This document shows, piece by piece, positions 39,240-48,731 of a DNA stretch of 49,858 nt (positions are counted from its first letter, which is position 1; every line of letters starts with the position of its first letter). Under the pieces are notes generated by a model. That model searched no databases. It was not told where the DNA came from and saw only the letters and a list, made by a program, of their open reading frames with translations. Where the stretch lies: the sequence record SRR22947725_2259; one strand, 5' to 3'. The translations under genes were made by a program, and so were the position numbers.

Positions 39240-39971
39240 ATGATAATGAAGAAGCTCAAATATGCGAAGTACTATGGCACACTGCTAATTCGTAATTGGA
39301 GAAGCAAAAATAAATCATACGCACAGCATGGTGAAGATCTTCTGGTCGAACAACTGCTGGGGAAAATTAAATCATTTATCGATGTCGGTGCTAATGACGG
39401 GGTTCTGTTCTCAAACACTTACAAGTTCGCGAAAACCGGAGCACGTGGTCTTTGCCTAGAACCATCACCTTCATGCTTCCTAAAACTACGACTGAACCAC
39501 CTATTTCACCCTCGTGTTAAATGTGTACGAGCAGCCGTTTCAAACCGGTCCGGATCGATATCATTTATTAAGGACGGATATGAGGAGGTTCTGTCACGCG
39601 TAACTGATCCATCTTGCTCGCAAACCGCCAATCACTCCATCGATGAACCTACCATATCCGTACCAGCTCTTACCTTAGAAAAAATCCTTCACAGATATTC
39701 GTGCTTCCAACAAGTTGACCTTCTATCAGTCGATGTAGAGGGTCATGAACAACAAGTATTCGAAGGTCTTCAAAACTGCGCATTCCAAGCCCGCGTTATC
39801 GTTCTTGAAGCGGACAAGATAGAAACAGGAAACATTCTTTCACTTCCTGTTTTAAAAGATTATATACCGAAGTACACCAACGGAGTGAACCTAATTCTCC
39901 TGCACAAACCTGAAGCTGAAAAACAACGAAACCAGAATAATTCTTTACCTGAAAAATTTGTCCATTGTTAA
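39240..39971 (+). CDS. FkbM family methyltransferase
   Basis: YAQHGED, IDVGANDG, SNT, LSVDVEGHE. Confidence 0.9.
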   Translation: MIMKKLKYAKYYGTLLIRNWRSKNKSYAQHGEDLLVEQLLGKIKSFIDVGANDGVLFSNTYKFAKTGARGLCLEPSPSCFLKLRLNHLFHPRVKCVRAAVSNRSGSISFIKDGYEEVLSRVTDPSCSQTANHSIDEPTISVPALTLEKILHRYSCFQQVDLLSVDVEGHEQQVFEGLQNCAFQARVIVLEADKIETGNILSLPVLKDYIPKYTNGVNLILLHKPEAEKQRNQNNSLPEKFVHC

Positions 39972-40774
39972 ACTTAGTCAAAAAATTAATCCATTCAATA
40001 CTTGATCTTTTAGGTTTTCAATTAAGGCGTAATAAAACGATCGAACAAAGCGACGACCCCTATCATGCGATCTCCATCCTTTTGGATAAGGAGAAGACAC
40101 AAACCATTATTGACGCCGGAGCCTCCATTGGAGATATTTCACAAAAATTGACGACGATGTTTCCCTTGGCCACCGTGCACGCGATAGAGCCATACCCCCC
40201 TTTTCATGCTCATCTTGAAAAAATCGCCACTGAGAACGCAAGGATAGTAGTCAAAAAACTGGCTCTATCTGATGAAAACGGATCAAGGTTCCTCCAAATT
40301 AATAAGTCTGAAGGAACGAACTCATTATTAAAATCAAATGATGAGGGAAAAGAAATTTATGGAGACTTACTCTCAAATGTTGGTAAAATTCAAGTGAAAA
40401 GCCAAACTCTAGACGATTACTTAAATGAAAATTCAATCGAGCAAGTGGATTTGCTAAAACTCGACCTTCAAGGTTCAGAACTTCCCGCTCTTATCGGGGC
40501 TTCGAATTCTCTATCGGAAGGAAAGGTTAAATGTATACTTTGTGAAATCATGTTCCAACCACACTACGAATCTCAACCTTCAGCCAGTGCAATTCTACAG
40601 GAGTTAATTGAAAAGCATGACTTCAATTTATTCAACCTTTACCAACATAACTACCATCATGGTTATCTCTGCCAATCAGACGTTCTTATCTTTCACTCTT
40701 CTATTGATCCCGATATTCGAGAAAAAGCTCACTTGGCTTTTCATTCTCACTCGAAGATCAGTCTTAATCCTTAA
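39965..40774 (+). CDS. FkbM family methyltransferase
   Basis: IDAGASIG, IEP, LLKLDLQGSE. Confidence 0.9.
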   Translation: MLNLVKKLIHSILDLLGFQLRRNKTIEQSDDPYHAISILLDKEKTQTIIDAGASIGDISQKLTTMFPLATVHAIEPYPPFHAHLEKIATENARIVVKKLALSDENGSRFLQINKSEGTNSLLKSNDEGKEIYGDLLSNVGKIQVKSQTLDDYLNENSIEQVDLLKLDLQGSELPALIGASNSLSEGKVKCILCEIMFQPHYESQPSASAILQELIEKHDFNLFNLYQHNYHHGYLCQSDVLIFHSSIDPDIREKAHLAFHSHSKISLNP

Positions 40775-40973
40775 GAGCAAACAAATTTCGATTAAATTAT
40801 ACCTACATTAAATCAATACTGCCAATAGTGAACATGAAATTTATATTTACTTACTCATTCTCTTTTTGATTTCATTACTGTACTCCACGAACACAAATGT
40901 TTTTAAGCCGGTTTGGAAATAAAAAATCAAACAGTTAATTTAGCAACACATACAATTAACAGAAAATTATAAA
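40775..40973 (+). promoter_or_regulatory. Only long intergenic gap in the window; possible internal promoter
   Basis: 199 bp AT-rich gap; -10-like TACAAT at 40951-40956; no convincing -35 element or terminator. Confidence 0.3.
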
Positions 40974-41915
40974 ATGAGCGCACAAGTTCCTATTCTTCTA
41001 ATGGCTTTCATTCGTCCTGATCTGATAAAAAGATGCATGCATCATCTATCCAAATTCAAACCCCCTATTTTATATATTATGGGAGATGGACCAAGGAACA
41101 TCCATGAACATAAATTGTGCAGTGAGTCTAGGCAACTAGCATCTAATCCAAGTTGGGAATGTGAAGTAATACGGATTTATAATGATCATAATGAGGGCAT
41201 CGTAAAATCGTTTTGCAAAGGGATGAGCAGAATGTTTTCAGATCATGAATTCGGCATTTATCTTGAAGATGACATCATGCTTTCAGAAAGCTTCTACAAA
41301 TTCGCAAGGGAAATACTCCTCACCTACAGGGATGATCAAAGAATCGGGCATGTGAATTCGACAAACTTCATTCCTCATTACGATAAAACTCATCAGGGGG
41401 ATTCTTATTTCCTTAGCGCTTATGCTTTCGAGTGGGGCTTCGCAACATGGAGAAGGATATGGAATCATTATGATGTCAACATGCTAAGATGGCGTGAAGT
41501 CAATCAAAAGAAGATGCTTGGAGAACACTGCTTTAATTACAGAGAGAGGAAGAGTCTTAAAGCAATGTTTGATTTGCATTGCGATAACCCAAGACCTTTA
41601 GCCTGGGGTTATCAATGGCTCTTCAGTTGCCTTTACCATAATGCTCTAGCCGTAACTCCAAAGGTCAACATGAGCCTTAATGTTGGCTTCAATCGTAACG
41701 ATTCCACCAACACCTCGGGAGAAAATCCAGTAGCTAACCCGATTTCAAGTTGCCGTTTTCCTCTCAGTCACCCATCCAAAATTTGCAGGGATGAAGCATA
41801 TGACAGTGCCGTGTCAAAGCTCGTTAGCCCTTCTTACCTTTCGGTATTTTCGGGAAAAGCACGCAACAGAATCCTCACAACCTTTAGAAGTTTACGGAGA
41901 AATAGCTCCAATTGA
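40974..41915 (+). CDS. Nucleotide-diphospho-sugar transferase (GT-A fold)
   Basis: FIRPD, DGPR, LEDD, WGFATWRR, NVGF. Confidence 0.82.
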   Translation: MSAQVPILLMAFIRPDLIKRCMHHLSKFKPPILYIMGDGPRNIHEHKLCSESRQLASNPSWECEVIRIYNDHNEGIVKSFCKGMSRMFSDHEFGIYLEDDIMLSESFYKFAREILLTYRDDQRIGHVNSTNFIPHYDKTHQGDSYFLSAYAFEWGFATWRRIWNHYDVNMLRWREVNQKKMLGEHCFNYRERKSLKAMFDLHCDNPRPLAWGYQWLFSCLYHNALAVTPKVNMSLNVGFNRNDSTNTSGENPVANPISSCRFPLSHPSKICRDEAYDSAVSKLVSPSYLSVFSGKARNRILTTFRSLRRNSSN

Positions 41916-42580
41916 ACCCTGTCATAAACAGAACGACTCTTCTCAATTCCTACCTTCTTGAGAGAAAAGAGTCCAGTTATCTAGAAATAGGCGTTCGAAA
42001 TGGTGAAAACTACTTTGCCATCGACGCCCACAGAAAGTTCGGCGTGGATCCAAATTACTTTTTTGCGAAAAGAGCATTAATGAGATCATGGCTAAGGAGA
42101 AACAATTGGACACAAAAAATGTTTCGTTGCACGAGTGATTATTTTTTTCTTAAACATGCAAATCGAATATGTTCAAAGCAAAAATTTGACTTAATTTTCG
42201 TTGATGGAATGCACACATATGAACAAAGCCTAATGGATGCAATCAACGGATTGCGGTTTCTGAAGCCTGATGGCATTATCGTCTTCCACGACTGCAACCC
42301 TTGGAGCAAGGAATCCGCCGAACCTACCATACCCTTGGGTAAAGTTAGCTGGAATGGAGATGTGTGGAAAACTATTTGCCATTTTAGACGGCATAGCGAT
42401 TTCTTCGAATGCTTTACCTATGAGGCCGATGAGGGGCTAGGCGTCTTGAAGATAAGAGAAGGCGTTTCTGACCTGACGGCGCAAGAGATTGCTCCTTTAT
42501 CTACCATAAAAAACTTGAGCTTTGACGACTTGCAAAAGAACCGCGATGAATACCTCGGTTTAAGGAAACTGGAATTATAA
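41912..42580 (+). CDS. SAM-dependent methyltransferase (Methyltransf_24-like)
   Basis: YLEIGV, GVDP, FDLIFVDGMH, IVFHDCNP, WNGDVWK. Confidence 0.88.
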   Translation: MNPVINRTTLLNSYLLERKESSYLEIGVRNGENYFAIDAHRKFGVDPNYFFAKRALMRSWLRRNNWTQKMFRCTSDYFFLKHANRICSKQKFDLIFVDGMHTYEQSLMDAINGLRFLKPDGIIVFHDCNPWSKESAEPTIPLGKVSWNGDVWKTICHFRRHSDFFECFTYEADEGLGVLKIREGVSDLTAQEIAPLSTIKNLSFDDLQKNRDEYLGLRKLEL

Positions 42581-42594
42581 GTTCAGACCATTGG

Positions 42595-43608
42595 ATGAAG
42601 GTGAGATGGGGCATTATTGGATTAGGGCAAATGGGGCAATGCTTCGCCAAAGCTAATCAGCCAGTAGCCCACTCCGAGTTGATCGCCGTTGCCAGCACGA
42701 ATGAACCAAAGCTAAGGGATTTCGCAAATCGTCACGGCATTAAAAAAAAATATGCATTTAGAAGTTATTCCGAATTGATGAACTGCCATGAAATAGATGC
42801 GGTCTACATTGCCCTGACGAACAATCTCCATTTTGACATGATTGTGCAGGGGATAGATTGTAAAAAAAATATTCTTGTCGAAAAACCCGCAACTCTAAAT
42901 GCAAAAGAAATGCTGAGCGTGCATCACCGAATGGATCACGTTTCCACTATTTTGAGCGAGGCATTTGCCTACCTGCATCACCCCGTGGCAAAAAGATATC
43001 TGGACATGATCAAGGATGGGGCGATTGGACGCCCCCTTAAAATGAAAACCGTATTTGGCTGCAAAATCAGCTCGGGCAGAAAGAACTTTTTAAAATCCTT
43101 ATTCCAAAAGGAAGGCCGTCATTTTAACCGGAACTTAGGCGGAGGATGCATCCTTGACCTCGGTTGCTACCTAACCTCGCTTAGCCGTATTATTGCAAGG
43201 GTGGATTGCGAAGGGCATGAGTTCGATGCTACCTTCCTTAATAAAAAACATTTTTTTGGATCTAAGAAAGTAGAAATTGATTCTACTGCTGAAATTTCCT
43301 TCAATGGTGGCTTTACCTCTTCTATAAGGGCGTCCTTTACCGATGAATTAGGTCAAAACACTACTATTTATGGAACCGATGGTGAAATCGTCATAGAGAA
43401 TACATGGAACTGTGACCATGAAGGATTTTTTTTAAATGGCAATTTTCAGCACATAGAAAATTTACATTATGATAATCCGTACTCATACCAAATTCATAAT
43501 TTCAGTAATTGGATAATTGAAAAGAAAACAATGCCTCAATACCCCACCCACACCCTTGAAGATACCTTACATAATATGAGAATGCTCGATGATTGGAAGG
43601 ATCTCTAA
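42595..43608 (+). CDS. Gfo/Idh/MocA family oxidoreductase
   Basis: WGIIGLGQMG, LVEKP, GGGCILDLGCY. Confidence 0.92.
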   Translation: MKVRWGIIGLGQMGQCFAKANQPVAHSELIAVASTNEPKLRDFANRHGIKKKYAFRSYSELMNCHEIDAVYIALTNNLHFDMIVQGIDCKKNILVEKPATLNAKEMLSVHHRMDHVSTILSEAFAYLHHPVAKRYLDMIKDGAIGRPLKMKTVFGCKISSGRKNFLKSLFQKEGRHFNRNLGGGCILDLGCYLTSLSRIIARVDCEGHEFDATFLNKKHFFGSKKVEIDSTAEISFNGGFTSSIRASFTDELGQNTTIYGTDGEIVIENTWNCDHEGFFLNGNFQHIENLHYDNPYSYQIHNFSNWIIEKKTMPQYPTHTLEDTLHNMRMLDDWKDL

Positions 43609-43688
43609 AAGCTTAAATCTCAACATGCTTTCTAAAGAAGTTACCTAGACTTTCGTGCCCTGCAATAAAACAAAGGTAAAGTGACACA

Positions 43689-44546
43689 TTGTTGAAGACC
43701 CAAAAAACGAAACCCTCATTAATTACCGGCATCGTTCCCTGTTTCAACTCATCGGAAACGCTTTCCAAGGTAATCTCGTCCCTACGTCGGCAAACTCTTC
43801 CACTGGAGGAGATCCTAGTCATAGACGACGGTTCAACAGATGGCTCTTGCACTATTGCCAAGGAGATGCAATGCAGAGTGATTCGGCTTGAACAAAACCT
43901 CGGAAGGGGAAACTGTAGAAACATTGGGATTTCAGAATGCAGAACGCCTTTTGCATTATTTTGCGATTCAACAAACATTCTTCCTCCCCATTTCTCCACT
44001 CTTGCAATTGAACATTTTAAAGAACCATCCATTTCCGCGGTTTTCGGAAGAATAAAAAATCACGAGGAGTTGATCGACACTCTCAGCAGGTGGAGAGGCA
44101 GGCACCTTTTCAGGGAGCATTTGGATCACCGAAAGGACATTCACGAAGTTCAATGCCTCATCTCCTACGCGGTCCTCTTTCGCAGGGACTCCGTGCTTGC
44201 AGCGGGCAACTTCGAGCCTTCTCTGAGGAAATGCGAGGATCAGGATATTGGAGAAAAATTGATTAAAACGGGCTATAAGATCATCTCCGATCCTTCTTTG
44301 GTAGCCTACTCCATTAGACGAGAAACCATGACCAGTCTCAGTATCCGCTTTAACAGATGGTTTTCCTACCACCAAAAGAACTTCCGGCGCTGGGACACTT
44401 TCTTCAATACCCTCCGGTCCTCCATCAAGATTTTCCTCAGGGATGACTTCAGGGAAAAAGATTTCCGCTTGATGATCATTTCCCTCTTTCTGCCCTTCTG
44501 GCTACTTGCCTTAAGCTTTTTCAGAAAAGAAAAGTTAACCGACTAG
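43689..44546 (+). CDS. GT2 glycosyltransferase
   Basis: IVPCFNS, IDDGSTD, RNIG, FCDS, CEDQD; C-terminal hydrophobic helix. Confidence 0.9.
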   Translation: MLKTQKTKPSLITGIVPCFNSSETLSKVISSLRRQTLPLEEILVIDDGSTDGSCTIAKEMQCRVIRLEQNLGRGNCRNIGISECRTPFALFCDSTNILPPHFSTLAIEHFKEPSISAVFGRIKNHEELIDTLSRWRGRHLFREHLDHRKDIHEVQCLISYAVLFRRDSVLAAGNFEPSLRKCEDQDIGEKLIKTGYKIISDPSLVAYSIRRETMTSLSIRFNRWFSYHQKNFRRWDTFFNTLRSSIKIFLRDDFREKDFRLMIISLFLPFWLLALSFFRKEKLTD

Positions 44547-44559
44547 CCAATTGGACAGT

Positions 44560-45354
44560 ATGGAAACCAAAATCGCGATAGTAATTCCTGTCTACAAAAA
44601 GCTATCCGCTTATTCCAAGAATGAAAGGAGACTCTTGGAGCAAACAAAAGAAGTCTTCAAGGAAAGGGCCCTCTTCCTCGCCGGTCCCAATTCCCTGTCG
44701 ACAAACTTTGGTGCCGACAAACAGTTCGACTTCATCTGCTTCGGAGACGAGTTCTTCAGGGACAAGTTTTCCTACAGCAGATTATTGTGCAGTCTACAAT
44801 TCTACCAAACTTTCTCAGACTATGACTTTATTCAACTCATCCAAACGGACTGCTGGCTTTTTGAAGACAAACTCGATCATTTCGCAGCCAGCGGCTTTGA
44901 TTACCTTGGAGCACCTTGGATGAAGAACGGATTCGAGGGAAAACCTGAACCAGAACTTTGGAAAGTGGGCAATGGAGGCTTTTCTTTAAGAAAAGTCAGT
45001 TCTTTCCTTTCGGTTATCAATCAGATCGAAAATACGAAAAAAGGAACCTCTCCAGTATTCAGGGAGTGCGGCCGAGGACTCCTAGGAGTTCTAAAGAAAA
45101 GGGGAATTCGTAACAACTTACGGCATTACATAAAGTCACCACCGGGAGAAGATATCTTTTGGTCAATCTATGTACCGCTCGTATTTGGTAAGGGAGCATT
45201 CAATATAGCTGACGCAATCACAGCCGCCCATTATTCATTCGAAACCTTGCCCCGCTATCTCTTCGATTCAGTCACGAAAGGTAAACTCCCGATGGGATGT
45301 CATAATTGGGAAGGAAATAATCGTAATTTTTGGCTAAGGCACATAAATGAATGA
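44560..45354 (+). CDS. DUF5672-like putative glycosyltransferase
   Basis: IVIPVYK, QTD, FDYLGAPW, VGNGGFSLR, EDIFW, PMGCH. Confidence 0.8.
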   Translation: METKIAIVIPVYKKLSAYSKNERRLLEQTKEVFKERALFLAGPNSLSTNFGADKQFDFICFGDEFFRDKFSYSRLLCSLQFYQTFSDYDFIQLIQTDCWLFEDKLDHFAASGFDYLGAPWMKNGFEGKPEPELWKVGNGGFSLRKVSSFLSVINQIENTKKGTSPVFRECGRGLLGVLKKRGIRNNLRHYIKSPPGEDIFWSIYVPLVFGKGAFNIADAITAAHYSFETLPRYLFDSVTKGKLPMGCHNWEGNNRNFWLRHINE

Positions 45355-45376
45355 GAAAATTTATATTCTTTAGTGC

Positions 45377-46555
45377 ATGTTTGTAGATTTTATAATTTCA
45401 ATAATTAGCTTCTATTCATGTATTTTAGTAGCAAATTTTTTAGTAAATAGGCAGTTATTACGAATTTTAGATTTCCAAGGTAAAAGGTTTCAAAATTTAG
45501 ATGGACTGAGGGGGTTTCTCGCAATTGCAGTATTCTTTCATCATTACGCAATAACTTTTGATTGGAAAATTAAAGGTTATTGGACCACTCCTGAAAACAT
45601 ATGTTATCAAAATTACGGAAAAGTCGGTGTAGCATTTTTTTTTATTTTATCGGGTTTCTTATTCACAAATAAAATTTCAAACTCAAAAGTGAAAATTAAC
45701 TGGTTGAGGTTTTACGAAGGTAGAATTTTTCGTATATTCCCACTGTATATATTTACTTTATTTTTCATAACGGGAATAGTTTTTTTTAACTCTGACTTTA
45801 AGTTAATTAGTAATTCATATGAAATTCTTAAAGAATATACAAAATGGCTTTTATTCTTAGGATGTCCAATTAACCAATACTCGGACACTAGACTGATCAT
45901 TTCATATGTTGACTGGACATTAAAATATGAATGGGCTTACTACTTTATTTTGCCTATATTATATATTCTAATTCACAATTTATCGCATTATATAATTTAT
46001 ATTTTTTTCGTAATTTGTTCCATACTTTTTATTTATCCAGTCGACCTTTATTACATTAGTTCAGAATACTTTTTATTATTTTCAATTGGAGGAGTTGTTT
46101 CAAATTTAATAAACACAAGATACTTCAACCACAAAATTACTAAATCATGGTATATCTCACTTATAAATGCATTTTGTATAATTTTTCTAATTTTCTACCC
46201 CAACACACTTGACTCAATTCATATAATATTCATTTCGATATCTTTTACTTTTATTGCTTTTGGAAATAATATATTTGGAATACTAATAAAAAAACCTTGC
46301 TTACTACTAGGACACATTAGCTTTAGTATATATTTACTTCACGGATTATTTTTATATTTTATATTCACACAATTTAATCTCATAAATCTCACTGAAATTT
46401 CAAAATTAAACTACTACCTATTTATGCCTGCATTAAGCATTTTATTAATCCTTTTATGCACCATAACATATTGCAATATTGAAAAGCCGTTTTTAGCCTT
46501 AGGAAAAAGATATTTATTATCAAACACTGCATCTCGATTTTCAATCAAACATTAA
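45377..46555 (+). CDS. Acyltransferase-3 (OafA-like) membrane O-acyltransferase
   Basis: LDGLRG, FHH, GVAFFFILSGF, RIFRIFP, WTLKYEW, LGHISFSIYLLH, IEKP. Confidence 0.93.
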   Translation: MFVDFIISIISFYSCILVANFLVNRQLLRILDFQGKRFQNLDGLRGFLAIAVFFHHYAITFDWKIKGYWTTPENICYQNYGKVGVAFFFILSGFLFTNKISNSKVKINWLRFYEGRIFRIFPLYIFTLFFITGIVFFNSDFKLISNSYEILKEYTKWLLFLGCPINQYSDTRLIISYVDWTLKYEWAYYFILPILYILIHNLSHYIIYIFFVICSILFIYPVDLYYISSEYFLLFSIGGVVSNLINTRYFNHKITKSWYISLINAFCIIFLIFYPNTLDSIHIIFISISFTFIAFGNNIFGILIKKPCLLLGHISFSIYLLHGLFLYFIFTQFNLINLTEISKLNYYLFMPALSILLILLCTITYCNIEKPFLALGKRYLLSNTASRFSIKH

Positions 46556-46561
46556 CTAATT

Positions 46562-47635
46562 ATTAAGAAGATACTTTTATTAAACGATTATAATTTACAT
46601 GAGGATCAGTCCCGTCATGCAAAAGGAAATCTTCCTAATCACTTAATCTTTGGACTCGATAAATATGTTGAATTCAACCTAGACTTTAAGTCAGTTCGTC
46701 TGTGGGAACCAGGTTTCCTATATGAGTTAGACAATTTCTTCATCGAACATAAACCGTTTTTTCCGATTGGCAGGCTTGAGACTCAATTTAAAGCCTTAAA
46801 AAGAGTAAAAGAAGTAGATGCAATCTTATCTCTTAAGGAAACCGAGTCGAGCATTCTTCAATATCTTAGAGCAATTGGCCTCCTTAAAATTCCTGTAGTT
46901 ACACTTGTTCACCACTCCCAAGATATCGGAAAATTCAATAAGTTAAAAAAACCGATTTTCAAATTTCTGAATCGAGGCTCTGATGCCATCTTAAGTTTTT
47001 CGAAAAAAGTAAGTATTGTCTCAGAAAAAGAAAAAAGAAAAGTCATACGATGGGGTCCAGACCTTGAGTATTACGATCAACTTGCCCCTTTTTTCGGCAA
47101 TCAAATCATGACTGCGGGGCGTTCGGGAAGAGACTTCAGCACATTCGCTGAAGCTTGTATAGAAACAAAAGCTTACGGCAAAGTTATGTGCCTCGATTAT
47201 GACAAAAGCCCGATATTCGATTCGCCCAATCCCTTTGTTGAGTATGAAGTTGGACTTCAATCACAAGACGCAATATGTCGAAAACTCAAAGAAGCTTTGG
47301 CTATTGCTATCCCTATCCAAGAACAACCCTTTACTTGCGGGCTTACGAGTTTTTGTGATCCCCTTGGATTAGGCAAGGCAGTCCTTGTACCAGAAAATGT
47401 GGGAATAGATATTGATGTGGAAGCTCACGGCATAGGAAAGATTGTTTCCCCAAACAACAAGCAAGGATGGAACAATGCAATCTCATGGGTAAAGAAAAAT
47501 AAAGAAGAAACAAAGGAGATGGGTAGAAGAGCCCGTCTTTTTTCGGAAGAAAACTATAATTCGAAAATTTTTGTTAAGCAGATAAGCCAAGTCTTACATC
47601 ATGTCATCACAGACAATGAAGTCGCTTGCTCTTAA
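46562..47635 (+). CDS. GT4-like glycosyltransferase, full length 357 aa, putative ATT start (ORF track shows only the C-terminal 175 aa)
   Basis: Frame is open from 46556 with no ATG/GTG/TTG before 47108; translation (M)KKILLLNDY...PNHLIFG...RWGPD...AGRSGRDF...CGLTS aligns by eye with the downstream paralog. Confidence 0.8.
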   Translation: MKKILLLNDYNLHEDQSRHAKGNLPNHLIFGLDKYVEFNLDFKSVRLWEPGFLYELDNFFIEHKPFFPIGRLETQFKALKRVKEVDAILSLKETESSILQYLRAIGLLKIPVVTLVHHSQDIGKFNKLKKPIFKFLNRGSDAILSFSKKVSIVSEKEKRKVIRWGPDLEYYDQLAPFFGNQIMTAGRSGRDFSTFAEACIETKAYGKVMCLDYDKSPIFDSPNPFVEYEVGLQSQDAICRKLKEALAIAIPIQEQPFTCGLTSFCDPLGLGKAVLVPENVGIDIDVEAHGIGKIVSPNNKQGWNNAISWVKKNKEETKEMGRRARLFSEENYNSKIFVKQISQVLHHVITDNEVACS

Positions 47636-47666
47636 ATAAAAGACACAAACCGCTAAAATTCTGCCT

Positions 47667-48731
47667 GTGAAAAAAATTTGCATTCTTCACCCCTATTTAG
47701 AAGATAGGATTCACGAAATTGAAGAGGGGGTATACCCCAGACATCATCTTTGGGGAATGGAGTCTTTAAATAACTTGGAGAATATTGAAGTCGAATTACT
47801 GCAATCTAATTCAATTAAGCTAAATCCATTCCTTGAGACACTAGTGAATCGTCTATTTTTTAGAAATTCTCCTGGAATTAAAGCTGAATTATCTGCCCTT
47901 CGTGCGAGTCATCGTTCGAGCTTGGTTTATTCTGTTTGTGGTCCCCTCTCCCTACTTCCTTTCTTTGGCAAAGGGAAACTGGTCTCATGGGTATTCCGCA
48001 AACCAAATGAATCCACAACAGGGGTGTTCGCTCCATATTCAAAAGATAAACTTAATCGTCATGCCGCGTTTCTTTGCCTAACTGAAAAATGTAAAGATTT
48101 CTTTCTACCGCATGCTCCTTCAACTTTTATGCGGTGGTGCGTAGACATGCAGATTTTCGATGGTAATCCACCCACAAAGGAAGCACTCAAGCCTTTTTTT
48201 CTAGCTACCGGAAAAACAGGGAGGGACTATGAGACCCTTATTGAGGCAGCCAAGCTTACGACTTCAGAGATAAGAATAATAGGTCCTAAGAATCGAAAAC
48301 CACTCAATCTACCAGCAAATATTTTGTGGCTTGATAGCTCGACCACTCCCCCAGACAAAGCAATAGATTACCCTACTCTAAGAGAATGGTATGCTCAATG
48401 TACAGCTATTCTTATACCTCTGGACGGAGATGCAGATGATACTTGTGGTTATACCAACTTGCTTGAAGGTATGGCTATGCGAAAACCCGTTATAATGACT
48501 CGATCCGGTTGCTTGGACTTAAATCCAGAATCTAGAGGTTTTGGTTTTTTGATTTCAAAAAAGTCACCACGAGGTTGGTCAGAAAAGATAAATTTGCTCG
48601 CCCGAAAAAAGAATCTTGTCGCTGAACTTGGAGCAAAGAGTCGGAAGGTAGCTGAAGAGGAGTTTTCCGAGAATCGTTTTAATGCTGAATTGTCGACTTT
48701 CTTTGTTAATCTTTTACACAAGACCAGATGA
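47667..48731 (+). CDS. GT4-like glycosyltransferase
   Basis: PRHHLWG, RWCVD, TGKTGRDY, CGYTNLLEGMAMRKPVI; GTG start. Confidence 0.88.
   Translation: MKKICILHPYLEDRIHEIEEGVYPRHHLWGMESLNNLENIEVELLQSNSIKLNPFLETLVNRLFFRNSPGIKAELSALRASHRSSLVYSVCGPLSLLPFFGKGKLVSWVFRKPNESTTGVFAPYSKDKLNRHAAFLCLTEKCKDFFLPHAPSTFMRWCVDMQIFDGNPPTKEALKPFFLATGKTGRDYETLIEAAKLTTSEIRIIGPKNRKPLNLPANILWLDSSTTPPDKAIDYPTLREWYAQCTAILIPLDGDADDTCGYTNLLEGMAMRKPVIMTRSGCLDLNPESRGFGFLISKKSPRGWSEKINLLARKKNLVAELGAKSRKVAEEEFSENRFNAELSTFFVNLLHKTR

Noticed and set aside
40834..40869. Phe-rich mini-ORF MKFIFTYSFSF resembling an attenuator leader peptide
   Set aside because: No terminator/antiterminator hairpins, the downstream gene is unrelated to amino-acid synthesis, and such ORFs are expected in T-rich DNA
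43613..44375. Minus-strand ORFs of 139 and 135 aa, and the other short antisense or nested ORFs in the track
   Set aside because: They overlap well-supported + strand genes and have no recognisable motifs; treated as shadow ORFs
46556..47107. Apparent ~550-bp intergenic region that might hold an ncRNA or pseudogene
   Set aside because: It is a continuous open frame encoding the N-terminal domain of the GT4-like gene
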